A stretch of 64,000 nucleotides of DNA from the NCBI GenBank assembly GCA_051294905.1, contig CM119371.1:6760001-6824000 (forward strand), written 5' to 3'. Of the stretch, positions 15,010 to 27,819 are shown piece after piece. The DNA is from Botryllus schlosseri (lineage: Eukaryota). A program made the position numbers and the translations under genes. How positions within the stretch are numbered: position 1 is the first letter of the stretch; each line of letters opens with the position of its first letter. Under the pieces are notes generated by a model that saw nothing but the letters and a program-made list of their open reading frames with translations, was not told the origin of the DNA and did not search any database.

Positions 15010-16816
15010 CATCACAGAGCCGTCGTTGTGCGTGTTAAAACCATTGATACACATTCCCCAGTGCTCAATGTCCGACGTCGATGTATTTTTCCGTAACACA
15101 AAAGAGGTCAACCACGATAGCCTCTAACGAATACAGATCAGTGCATGAAGGCAAGCTTTTGAACGGGCTCTCAAGGAGAATGTGCGGTAAGCGCGAGGAT
15201 AACCCCTAGTTCAGGGACTCGTCAATTAGCAAGTAGCCATCGGACAGATTTGTATCATTTTCACAAGTGAAATAATTGGCAATTACTAGTGATAAAGAAT
15301 ATCATTTCCAAACTTCTGCCGATTTGCATCGGTATTAATCATCGTACGTTACTTGAAAATATTATTCATGCTATCAGTTGTAATTTACTAACAAAGCCTG
15401 CTACGCTAATTTGTAAAACTACTTACTTCGGTTCTTTTATGACCTTGTTCCTTGAATTTTATTTCAAGTAGTTTTGATAGCTCTCGTGAATCGCTGCTTC
15501 TACTTCAAATTGAGTGGAAATTCAAGGGATTAGTTCTTCTTCAACTGACGAGTTAGCGCAATGATAGAGCGTAGGCAGAGGTCGTCAACATAGTCAGCGT
15601 TACTACTCTACTAAAAGTTGAAGTAATATTGTAGATTAGGCTACTACTAAAATACAAGTAGAAGCAGCAAATTCCAACATGCGTTAAAACTACTTCCAAG
15701 TGGACGAAAAAATTGTAGATATGGTATTCGGTCGATCGGTTGCATACATTCAATTTAGCCATTGATCAGACGCGGCCAATCAATGACCAATTACTAGGGC
15801 AAGTTTTTGCAACTTTTGCAACTCACAATTCATGCAGCATGATGTTTCAAGCTGTTTGATTTTTCGCAAATTATGCTTTATATTGCATTGAACAAAATTT
15901 AAAAGAGTGATCTAAAACTGAGGTCCGTTTTGACTTTATGGAAGACCGGGCAAAACTGCCGAAAAAGTCGTTTCACTTGTCCAGGCCATTGATTTTGTAA
16001 AGGTTGAGCAAATTTGCAGGCCTAGGGGATTTGAGATGTGGTATTCGACTTGTTTTGCGGGGCATACTTATAGCAGTTTATCGGAGGTGGCTACTTTATA
16101 AATTGGATGGAGCAACTTCACGACCAACGGGAAATGATAATGACAAGAGAAATATATATTTAAAAATATATTTAGTTATCGCGATCCATGTGCTATTTTG
16201 TCCATTTTTCTATTGTTTCATTCATGAATAGGATGCAAATATAAATTCATACCGGTAGTGTAAAAAGTGAGCAGTTTCACCTAACAAACTTGGATAGAAG
16301 CTGAAGTAACCAAAACCAAAACCGCTAAAGTAAGTCGTAAAAGTAGGTATAGGCCTAAGTAGATAAACTTTGTCGTCGATCACTTCTGGATATGAGCTGG
16401 TAATTGTGATGCGAATAGAATATCGTTGTCTATCCTAATTGTGGCTTGAAAATACGCAGGCAGATAAAACTCACTTTGAATGACAATAGGTGTACTTGCT
16501 TGAAAGTTGCACCTTGCTTGACTCTGATCGAAAGCAAATCCTTGCCTGTGATGATAAAGAAAGGATACATAGGGTTAGAAACGATTAAAATTCGAGCTTT
16601 ATAGTCACCCGATGTGTTCAGACTTGTTGTTACAGATAGAAACAAGATCGCTACTAGTGGTGGAGTAGAGTATATTGTGAGTAACATCATCATTTCAAAA
16701 TACCCCACCATAGCATTGGTGGCGAATAATCGAATCCAAAATCTATTGATTCTGCAAAAAGATGAATTCAGAATTACTCACTTTTATCTCCCGGATTGAA
16801 TTGTCACACCTTGATG

Positions 16817-17595
16817 CAGTGCTGGGATCAAGTCACTACCTTAAAGTCAGGAGTCGTTGCACATTTTGACTCGAGTCAAGTCAAGTCAAGTCACTCGATT
16901 TTTGGACGTGACACGAGACAAGTGACGCGTCCAGTAACAATTCAAGTCAAGTTGCATTTTGCTAGCTGTCTGAAAGACAGATTGAGTGGCCATTGATTTT
17001 GAACCAATGAACGAATATAGAGTTAAATATACACGCAAGAAGGCGCAGTATCGCTCCATTTGCGTAGAAATGCTAAACTATGTAAGTAATTGCATAGCCT
17101 CAGTTTATAGTTACCAGCCAAAATAGGGAATAGAGAAACGAATTGATAAGATGCAATACATTGCCCATTGACAAATAATTGATATGATACAATCTGAGCC
17201 TGCGTCAATGGTTGAGGACTATATTAACTATATTCAAATTTAATTTCAATAAAAAAGAGATTTGGTTAAGGTAAGAACAGAGAACAGAAATAGACATTTG
17301 GCTATTAAATTACTTTACTATACTAGTTTACGACAGCGTAAGCTTCGTTTGCGGTCAATTTATTTGTGCGAAAACAATGGAGGTTCAGTAAAACACACAA
17401 TAATTGAACAATTGGTCGCTCTCATACGGGTTACACCAGCGTTTCGCGAACAATCCGATCATTTGCAAGATACAGTGATTTTTATCGACATCGATTGCTT
17501 GGTGATGTGAAATTGACTCGTGAATTTGCTCCGAGTCACAGTCACGAGTCAAGTCAAGTCATACGAAAAAGATGACTCGAGTCATCCCAACACTG
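16817..17595. mobile_element. hAT MITE, gactcgagtc family
   Basis: TIR cagtgctgggat / atcccaacactg. TSD ccttgatg / tcttgatg. Paralogous sites are empty. Same family as 34693-35653. Confidence 0.85.
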
Positions 17596-18829
17596 TCTTG
17601 ATGCATGTCAGATTCCAACTGATTGATATCGGTTTAGATTGTCATGCAAACTTCTTTTATCATCAAAGCCATTTCACATCAGACTATTGTATGATATTAT
17701 GTTTGGTATGATGATATTCTGATTGCACCGTAATAAAATGAAGAATGGTTATGAAAAGTTAAATCAATTATCTATACACACCACAGGTTGCTCAAGCCTG
17801 ACTATCGTGCCGACAGATGTGGTAGATAGAGTTGCGGATAATCGCCAAATATAAGCATAATCAAAATGGTTTAAACATGGTCCTCATAAAATAAATAGGC
17901 ATAGAAACTTGTAACTGGTAACCTAGGCTCTATTTGGAAGCACATAATGTTGTGAGTAGACCATTTTGAAGAGTGAATAACTTCGGCAAATCTCGTATGC
18001 GGTTCAATAAAGAACAGATCATCCACACTCATTAGAAATTTTCATGCGTTGAGTGATGTGGGTTATTTAATAATGGGGAGTTTAGAACTTATATGGCCTA
18101 CAGCTACAGTAATCACTAACCAGGTGCGTTCCCAACTCCTAATATTGGCCATATAGGCTAACCATTGTGGAATCAATTGTACAAGTCATCAAAACCATCA
18201 ACCCTAACTATATGGAATGAATTATGAACTAAACAGATAATAGGCCGCAACAACTAAAATTGCTTGCAAATTATGCACTGTGGTACAAATAATGAAGTAT
18301 ATTTACACAAAATGATTGGTTATTGCTATTACATTGATCTAATGATAAGAATCGACCGAAAAGTAATTTCCAATTGACAAAATTTGAAAAACTGAACGGA
18401 AGAAATTCTGCTGATTGTGAACCATAAACAGTTACAAGCACACACACTCTCACTACTAATAAGCATTGGTCAGAAACGAAATTTATGAAGTATTCAAATA
18501 GCATACATACTTTGGTAGGTGGAAATGGTATGTTGATGTCCGTCCTAATTGTGGCTTGAAAATTCGCAGCCAGATAAAACTCACCTTGAATGAAAATTGG
18601 TAAATTGCTGGAAAGTTGCAACTTGCTTGATTCTGATTGAAAGAAAATCCCAGCATGTGATGATTAAGAAACGATACATTGCGTTAGAAACGATTCAAAT
18701 TTGAACTTTACAGTCACCAAATGTGTTGAGACTTGTTGTTATAGATATAAATAAGATCGTCACTAGTGTTTGAGTAAAGTTCATTGTGAATAATTTCATC
18801 ATTTCAAAACACCCCACCATAGTATTGAT

Positions 18830-20089
18830 CAGGGCTTTGGAGCCGGAGCCGGAGCCCGGAGCCGGAGCCCCGGAGCCGTGCATTTTCACCGGAGCTGGAG
18901 CCGGAGCCGGAGCTCTACATAAAATTCAGCCGGAGCTGGAGCCCGTTATTTGAGGAGTAGCTCCGGCTCCGACCTAATTCATAAGATGCTATAATATATG
19001 CAACAACCACATCTGCTGATTTATCATAATTGAACTGAATTTTAATGCTGTGCACAGCAATGGCATGGAGTAAATTGCGTTCTAGTGCAACTATGATGTT
19101 GTCGATAATTGACAAGTATGCAGTATGAAGTCACAAGCCTGCACGGCGGCACCTATATGTCTTTGTTGCTACATCGGATGTTAATGACGGCTGATGGACT
19201 CTAGATTACTATAGATAATCAACCTATTAGTAGATTAGTAATCTATATAGACCAGGAATGGCCAACCTTTTCAGCTAAAGGGGCACATGCAATTGACGAA
19301 CGAGTGCGCGGTTCACTAGCCATGCCGAGCGGGTAAAATTTTCTAAGTTTATAAATAAACTAGGTGAGTATTGCGGGTCTATTGTATACCACCCTTTAGG
19401 CTCAGTTTGCAAGGACACGACTACTCGTCGTCTTGACACATCGATATCGAAGGTCTCTGATAATATGCGACAATCATTTTGTGACTACATTTCACCGTCG
19501 ACGATTTTGATGCGACGGCAAACGCGACAAGACTTTCTTCCGTAATTTCGAATACTGTTAGACTCAATCGGGTAAATTAGGCGTTTTTTTTCATTTTCAG
19601 TAGGGGGTAGGCTACCAAGCAAGAAGTCGTGTGACAATTAAACACGCGAAGCGTGAAGAAAAATTTCGCTACTATTTTAGTTTATTGTAATGTACGACGA
19701 TTTACTGAAAATGTGACTGGACCCTGGATCTGCCAATGCGTCGGAACTGATATTTCAGTCATCAACATCCCAAGTGTCGCAGCCAGAATTGTCATTTTTG
19801 GTTGGCATTGCAAGTTCACAATCTGAGCAATTCATTTTCGAGAATATAATAGGACATTATCTCGCGGGCCACGCAAAACCCTCTCGTGGGCCACATTTGC
19901 GGGCCACCCCTGATATAGACAGGATATTCGGAGCTTCGGAGCTTCGGATATTCAGCCGGAGCCGGAGCTGGAGCCGGAGCAGTGTTTATAATGCGGCTCC
20001 GGAGCTGGAGCCGGAGCTAATGTATGATAGAAGAGAGCTCCGGAGCCGGAGCTGGAGCAGTTTAAATTTACGGCTGCTCCAAAGCCCTG
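18830..20089. mobile_element. hAT MITE with (ggagcc)n subterminal repeats
   Basis: TIR cagggctttggagc / gctccaaagccctg. 8-bp TSD gtattgat at 18822-18829 and 20090-20097. Confidence 0.9.
19253..19912. mobile_element. Charlie-like hAT MITE nested in 18830-20089
   Basis: Ends caggaatggcc / ggccacccctg. 8-bp TSD atatagac at 19245-19252 and 19913-19920. Confidence 0.8.
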
Positions 20090-20995
20090 GTATTGATTGC
20101 AAATAATCAAATCCGAAATCATTGATTTTGCAGAAAAATAAATTCAGAATTACTCACTTTCTTCTCCCGGGTAGAATTATCACACATTGATGCATGTCAG
20201 ATTTCAACTGATTAGTAGCAGTTTAGATTGTCATGCAAACTTCTTTTACCATAAAAGCCATTTCCCATCCGACGACCAGACCATTAAATGTTATGCTATA
20301 TATGATGATATTCTGATTGCAATCCACTGTAACAAAATGGGAGTGGTTATGAAAAGTAAAATCAATGAATCTATATACACCGCAGGTTGTTCAAGCCTGG
20401 CTATCGTACCAGCAGATGTGGTATATAACAAGTTGCTGATAGTCGCATCATATACGCATGATCGAAATGGTTTGTTTTGGGTATGTGTAAAATTTCGGAA
20501 TCTTGATCATGGATAGCAAAAAGATAATGACATTTTATTAGGCCTAGGGCTCTCAAATTCGTTAAAAACAATGAACAATGAAAATGACAAGAAAAAGTAA
20601 AATTTCGTCCGATTTTATTTCGTACTTAATCATTGGAAGCACATCATCGACGATATCTATATTGAATAAGGAATTAAATATATGATGTGCTGCACCGACT
20701 AGATTTGCCGGCAGGATTATGCAATGTTGTACAATTAATGAAGAATATTTCCACAAAATTACTGGTTACTATTACTATTACATTCGTCAAATGATGCGAA
20801 TATACCGAAAAGTAGTTTCCACATGACAGAATATGAAAAATTGAACATACAAAGTTCTGCTGATTTGAAACAAAAAATGCACAATCTTCAAAGCAATTAT
20901 TATGGATATAGTTTGATGAATTGAAAATTGCAATAGTGAGCGACTTTATTCATGTCTCAGCTGCAGACTTGTACAATCCACTAATCTTGTCGGTT

Positions 20996-22420
20996 CAGTG
21001 GTTCTCAAACTCTTTAGACCTCGACCCTCGAGTTTTATTTCATCTCGCGACCCAAGCCTCACCCATCAACATGCATGCATTTTCAATGTCAGTAAGCTAC
21101 GTATCCTGGGCATCTAGGAAATAGAGAAGGCACAGACACCCAGTTGCACGCTATATAGTTCTATGAAACCAGTGTGCCACATGCGATTTCATATCGGGTT
21201 GCATCATTTTCCTACGTGGTTCAATTTTGTTTCGCGGGGCTATGATTGCGAGGACGAGATTAATTCGGTGCCGACCGTTTTGAAGACCGTACATATGAAT
21301 ATTGGAAGTTTTCGCCGAATCTTAGGGCTGGTCACAATGATCCGAATACTCGAATCTGAATTGATTTTCAATTTTAATGATTCGAGTCGAGTAGTAAAAC
21401 ACAAATTTTTCGAGTACTGAAATTATAAGCTCTTCGCAACTGAAAGTTAATTTACCAATGAGAATTTTAGTTTTGATACTATTTTCCACTGAGGAAGGCT
21501 TGAAACCTTGATTGGCCGTGTCGCAGCATATGTGACATAGTACAAAGCTACGAGAGTTACTGGAAATAGCACATTTCCAAAGTCAGGATCATCACACAAC
21601 ATTGTCAAGAAGTGCAATGAAATCGGTATGGTTGGAGAAATACCAAAGTATCTTCATTTTGATAGATAACAGGCATTATATTCTCTGTGGTGGCATAAAA
21701 GGTAAATATTTCAACTTTGACATTATACATTTTGGTGTGACGTCATAATGAGTGATACTCGAATACTCGACTCGAAGCGTAGTACGTGATTCAGAATCAC
21801 CCGGGTACTAGATTTTGCCAAGCCCTACCAAGCAGTCAACGTTTTATTGCATTTTGGGCAACCTGTAGGCCCCAAATTCATGTCTTCATGTGACCCTATA
21901 CGAGCCGAAAGGGTTGTGTCGAAATTCCATTGCATACCCCAAGACTAAACGCACCCTAACGGTGTCCGGCTGCATCAAGCGATACTAGAAATATAATTAC
22001 AAAAAAACTTCATTCGTGTTTGTAAATTATGTGTATTCAAATAAAAAATATCGGGTGTGGCAGTTACAGTCGCGTTTTTCCCTCGTTCTGCCTGGTAAGA
22101 GCATTTATGGCGCAAGCTAGACCTTTCCAGGGAAAGCAATGCCAGGCATATCTTGTTATGACACCAAACCAATTGTTGTAATACAAAGGTCGGCACATTT
22201 TCCTGATCAAGCAATAGCGGTAACCACCTTTCTGTGTGTTTCACTTACCGGCTATAGTAACCAACATAGTGACTTTGTCTACAAACATACCAGGTGCGAG
22301 ACATTGCACGATGCGCAAAGAATTATTTTGTGGCAAAAAATTTAGCAAAATTGCCCTGAGGCGGTCCCGACTCGAATCAAATTTTTGGGTCACGACCTAT
22401 ACTTTAAGAGAACTTGACTT
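20996..22420. mobile_element. Degenerate Charlie-like insertion, with a further nested element at ~21323-21827
   Basis: Starts cagtggttctcaaac and is absent at the paralogous sites (~2775, ~31985). The right end is degenerate and no clean TSD is visible. Confidence 0.55.
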
Positions 22421-22806
22421 ACGTGATGGTCAAGAGTACTTCTAGTTACAGATTTTGAAGAGTGAGTAGTTCTAGTATCCTCGTTTAATGTGAATAGTGT
22501 TGTGTAATGTTCTGGCAGTCCTTGCCAGCTCGGAGTCAACACTACTAACTACGCAGTCAAGGGTCGGAACTGTCCTATTTTGAGCTCCAAACCCAGTTGT
22601 TTTGAAACGCAGATTCTATCTCCTATAATTTTTGGCTCATTTCTAATTCAGTAATTCGTATTATCGCTATGATGCAGTTGCTTCAGAATTGAATCGACTT
22701 CGTTGTGTTGTGGTTCGCTAGCCGCTGATTTTTAAAGCATGTTAACTGTAGTTCTAGTTTGAGCTGAATTCAAAAAATCCTATAAGTCCGCTCAGGTGAG
22801 TGCAAT

Positions 22807-24444
22807 CTACCTCTTCAAAAATGTGGATGCGTAAATTAGACCACATTGATGTACATTAGGTTTCACTCTAGTCCATTTGTCTTGTGATATATCATACTTT
22901 TCAATTGTACCACCGGTTCCTCCATCTGATACTGCAAAAATCCACTTGCCAATGTGATACGCAGAAACACCACCACGACAAGCATTCGTAGAAGATAATG
23001 AAGTCCACTGAGCTGAAGTAACATCGTAGCATTCTACGTTGTTAACTGCTTTTCTTTGCAGCATTCCACTCCTGCCACCGATCACAAATATCTTTTGATC
23101 AACTGCTACAACACCAGTGACACAAACATGATTTCTCATCGGATCTAGATCAACCCACTCTGATGAGGATGGAGTGAATCTGCAGAATGATGAAACTGGA
23201 ACACCATCTTGTCCTATACCACCGATACAATAGATGGAATCATTCAATGATACAAGACTTGCTGAACGAATCGCTGTAGGCTTGTCTTCTAGTCGAATCC
23301 ATCGATTCACAAGAGAAGAAAATATTTCAACATGACGTGTTGCTTTGTTATAACTTCCTCCAACAACAAAAATCGATCCCGACAAAGAAACTGAGAGAGG
23401 ACGGTGTCCATGGTTAAAAATCATACTTTTTATCTGTTCCCATTTTGAATTTTTGCTCTGAAAATTGAGTCGATGAACTGATTGATTATGACATAAAACG
23501 TAGATATATGAGTCTAGAGAAATCACCGAGAAATATGGGGATTTACTAAACTCCTCATCATGAAACTTGTCTACTTTCTCAGTTACTGGATTGAAGGATC
23601 TGATACAATATGCCGCCGTCCCGAAAAGAATTATCAATTCGTCATCGCCAATTTCTTCATTCCTTTTGTGCGATGCTTTTGAAGCTTCCAAAAGATGTCC
23701 ATTGATCAACTTGTACAATCCGAAGTCGTTACTGATGATTTGGTTTGATTTCAAAAGACGTTCTAAAAATGCCGGAGGGACTTTATCAAACTTGATTGCT
23801 TGAATACTTTCGTGCAAATGTTCCTGATTTTTCATATTTTTCTCAACCCAATTGAACAATAACGTTAGTTTTTCTTCTTCGCATAACTTTGATTTTTCCA
23901 ATATCACAGATTTGAGGATGTTAGTTTTTTTAATATTTCCAAATTCAGGTTGGTTTGAAATTTCCATGATATTTTCATGGAAAAATGCTCTACATCGTGC
24001 AGAGACGGCGTCCAGTCCATACATATCAGCGACATTTCTTATGGAAAAGTAATTCTCTACATCAACTGATTCCTCCAAAACGTCAGACACTGCCTGCTTC
24101 ACGTCTTCCAACTGCATCATGACTGCGACATGCAGAAGATCATTCATCTTTTCATCAGGAATCTCAAATTTGCCAGAATATATGAAATCGATGCAGTTTT
24201 TCACACACTCAGAATCGACCTCTTTCAAAACAACTTTTCCTTCACGACTCTCTTTGGTATCGTGCTTTAACATCGCTTTGAAATAATCACAACCAGCCGA
24301 CAATACATTTCTGTGAGTGTAATGAACGTCATCTCCAACTTGAATTATGAAATCACAATGATCATTTTCTTGCTTCATTCGATGTAATTCTTCCATCATC
24401 TTCACTGAATGTTTCTCTACATTTTTACACACAATCTGCACCAT
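22807..24444 (-). CDS. Intronless BTB-BACK-Kelch (KLHL-like) protein, copy 2, intact, 545 aa from the ATG shared with paralogs
   Basis: Uninterrupted ORF with BTB, BACK and Kelch repeats (GG, Y/W signature residues). The ORF track starts at TTG 24453; the conserved MVQIVC start is at 24444. Confidence 0.93.
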   Translation of the reverse strand: MVQIVCKNVEKHSVKMMEELHRMKQENDHCDFIIQVGDDVHYTHRNVLSAGCDYFKAMLKHDTKESREGKVVLKEVDSECVKNCIDFIYSGKFEIPDEKMNDLLHVAVMMQLEDVKQAVSDVLEESVDVENYFSIRNVADMYGLDAVSARCRAFFHENIMEISNQPEFGNIKKTNILKSVILEKSKLCEEEKLTLLFNWVEKNMKNQEHLHESIQAIKFDKVPPAFLERLLKSNQIISNDFGLYKLINGHLLEASKASHKRNEEIGDDELIILFGTAAYCIRSFNPVTEKVDKFHDEEFSKSPYFSVISLDSYIYVLCHNQSVHRLNFQSKNSKWEQIKSMIFNHGHRPLSVSLSGSIFVVGGSYNKATRHVEIFSSLVNRWIRLEDKPTAIRSASLVSLNDSIYCIGGIGQDGVPVSSFCRFTPSSSEWVDLDPMRNHVCVTGVVAVDQKIFVIGGRSGMLQRKAVNNVECYDVTSAQWTSLSSTNACRGGVSAYHIGKWIFAVSDGGTGGTIEKYDISQDKWTRVKPNVHQCGLIYASTFLKR

Positions 24445-25744
24445 GATTGTCAATCAACTACAATATATAATGATTCTACGATTATTATGATGTAGTAGCG
24501 CTGTTATTAAAGTAAAGATGATTAGGTAGCTAAGTAATGCCTGAACAAAGGATCATAATACTTATCAATGTCACAATTATGAATTGATGTGAAATCAACT
24601 ACACAGAAGTCGCAGTTGTAAGCAAACAGATAGGACAAAGGCGAGAGGAGAGACATTGAATTTCAAGCTTAATCTGAACACAGTCATGTCTTAAATTTAG
24701 TGTTGATACATTTATAAAAACCTGCTATGCTAAAGCCGCAGGTTCCACAAACAACAACCCAAAATTATTCAAAACACTGATGCTAAGTGAAGATGTCAAA
24801 CTATCTGTAGTAACCAAAGCGAAAGAATCAAAACTTCTGTACAATATCATCTATACATAGTAAGTATTAGAATTTGCAACCTAAATTGCATATTTTCCCC
24901 GAAGTAAAAGAAGCCGTATTGTGGCTTTGGGAATAGTCAGGATTAACACATCTGCGAGATGCAGTGGTTCTTGACCTTTTCATGGATGCGGCCCAATTTT
25001 CTTTTCGCAAATATGCCATGATCCACAACTCAGCCTCAATCTCTATCTAAGCGGCGGTAATATGGCAGGTTTAGAGAGGTGACCTATGTAATGGGTGTCA
25101 CATCACAATTCCCTTGTCATTGACCTAAGTTATTGTTTCAACTGAATAGCAGGTTGTAAATTCAGAAAGGGGCGTCAATGTCATTAACGAGCGGCACAGT
25201 GAAATTTTACGATTCGTCAAGGGGTATCCGGCCCTCGACTTAAACAACTAGAACTTTTCAGATTTTTCAAATTAGGGTAAAGTCTGAATAATAGCTACAC
25301 TGTTTTTTTTCAAATGAAGGGTAAAATAAGAATTATAGCTAAACAGTATTTTCCAAACTACTTTAAAATTACAAATATAGTTACTTTTTTTTTCAAATTA
25401 TATTCGAATTGCCGAGTCCACGATAACTTGGACATTGAATCAAGTTCAGAGCAAATCATAGTTGTGAGCGCGATAAAGGCAAACCTTAGCTCGTTTCGAG
25501 CTACACAGTTCTTCTGGAGCATTTACAGGAAAACCGGAAGTTAGATTAGAATAAAATTAAAGCATAAAAACATAATTCAAATTAAATTAGTATTAAAGCA
25601 AGGACACATTTCACGAATTCGACTACTTGCATTTCAACCTTATTAGTCATATTGTACAACTAAAATTATGTAGTTGTCCAAGTAGGTCTGGACTCTGGAC
25701 AGTCTCCGATTTTTTAGGTGAACTGTTTGATTTGGAGTCCGACT

Positions 25745-26223
25745 CAGGGTTGTAACCAAGTCACAAGGCTTCGAGTCACAAGTCAATCTCACATTTATAG
25801 TTTTGACTCGAGTCAAGTCGAGTCATTTCAATTCACCACCGAGTCAAGTCCGAGTCCAAGTCCGCGAGCAAAGTGCCGAGTCCGAGTCATGGAATTATGA
25901 CTTGAGTCCGAGTCCAAGTCATTGTGTTGACTGCTCAGTTTCCAGTTGAAGTCTTGGTAAACCCACTTTTTATAACTCTGTTTGGTGATATCGAATGGTT
26001 CGCATTTATAATATACCAATTTTCCTCACTTTTAGCAGTTTAGGGTCGCATTTTCAAGTACCAGTACCAGCATACAAATCCCAATAGTGTGTTGGCTTCG
26101 GAATTACAATGAAATGTAGGTCTTGGCCGTCTGAGTCGAGTCATTTCCGTATTTTGAATAAATGGCTCGAGTCAAGTCGAGTCATCAGAAAATCGTGACT
26201 CGAGTCGAGTCATTACAACCCTG
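25745..26223. mobile_element. hAT MITE with gactcgagtc repeats
   Basis: TIR cagggttgtaa / ttacaaccctg. 8-bp TSD gtccgact at 25737-25744 and 26224-26231. Confidence 0.9.
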
Positions 26224-27139
26224 GTCCGACTTGGATTGTTACTTGGTGCCTGCAAAGCGCTTCGCCTGGTCACTAGATGCCGCCAAATTGAAGGAGGCGC
26301 TTTTCGTAACGAATTCACGACAAATGTGAAATTTTGTCGGTGTATGCTTCTGTGAGAACCTGCGATCCAGTGATGGGGCTGGAGTTGGGGCAGTGATGGG
26401 GCTGTAATTCTTCGTTTGGCTGCTTCAAGCCACCATATTCTTACTCCGCATGAAACCTTGCCGGGTATGCGCTGCTTCACGGCCCCCTCGATCTGAAAAA
26501 AAATATTAACGAGTCAGTCGATACTAGCATTGGAATCACAGGATATTGAGGTATTTTTTAAATCTCGGGATTTCAAGAAAACATCTTCCAGCAATTAGTT
26601 CGCTATTAAAGCAGCGTTACAATATCATCTGAGATTCTTGAACACTCTACATTGCTGTGAAAATAATACCAACTATGGCATAATAATCAACTAAAATCTT
26701 CTTCAATCTTTTTGGAATGGTACATCATTTTAAAGAATGCTCAAAACTTGTCCACCTCAGTTCACATAATATATCGAATCCGTAGTTATCCTAATCGGAA
26801 GAGGGATGTAGCATCTAACCATGCAGAAATCCATTGGAAATGCTAATGCAACCAACCAATCAGCTTTCAACATAACCGGATCCTGATTGAACATATTGCT
26901 TTTCAGCCAGGGTCTACGAGACATTATTAGGAAACCGTGAACTGATTGATAAATATAATTTGTTACATTGGAAGCTAGGGTCGACCAACGCAAACACAGA
27001 TCTTCGCACCGTCCAGACAGATTCCAGGTTTCAAGAGTGTATTTATGACTGATTATCAAAACAGCTCACGTAATTCAGTAGTTTTCAAAGACAGCAAATT
27101 GTTTTTCTTCTTGAAGTAGTCTACTTCTGGGTTGGAAAA

Positions 27140-27536
27140 TAGGGCTACCATACGTCCTCCTTTTTTCAGGTTTTTGAAAATGTCCTCCGAGGACGCCTAA
27201 ATGTCCTTTTTTTGGTAATTCGTCGTCTTTTACAGCTATTACAGCCAAGATAATGGATAGATTCAAGTTAACACGAGCATAAAAGTACGCTAAATAGAAA
27301 ATTCATGGTTTGATCGAAAGTGAAGACCTTTTTTACAAGTCAACACCACTAATTTTAAATGAAAAGTGTGTAAAACGGGTGTCGAACCAAAGTGATGACC
27401 TTTTTTTTAGTCAAGCAACCATCAAATCAAGACATAAATTACCATTTTTCCGGATGTTACTCCTGCATTGTAAGTCTGAAAATTTTGATAAAGTGACACC
27501 ATTTGAGATTTCCAAAACATGGTAATGGTAACCCTA
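27140..27536. mobile_element. Blackjack-like hAT MITE
   Basis: TIR tagggctaccat / atggtaacccta. 8-bp TSD ttggaaaa at 27132-27139 and 27537-27544. Confidence 0.85.
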
Positions 27537-27819
27537 TTGGAAAAGCTTTGCATTGCTACTTTTACTTAGAGTAGCTTTTTCGACCACTTCTGATAACGCA
27601 TACGGGCTCATGCAATCACAGATTGTTGTTCTTATTCTTAGAAACTTTTCCGAGGCAGCCAAGAAACTTTACGTCCATCCAAATTTACTGGTCTCAGTGT
27701 GCAATATTTATTGCGTGATTTCTTTGTCAGCTAGGAATTTCTTTGTCAGCTAGGAATGAGAAAATATTGGGTGTAGACATAGGTAGAGAGTGTAAATATT
27801 GGTGTGCTCATGTCACCAG

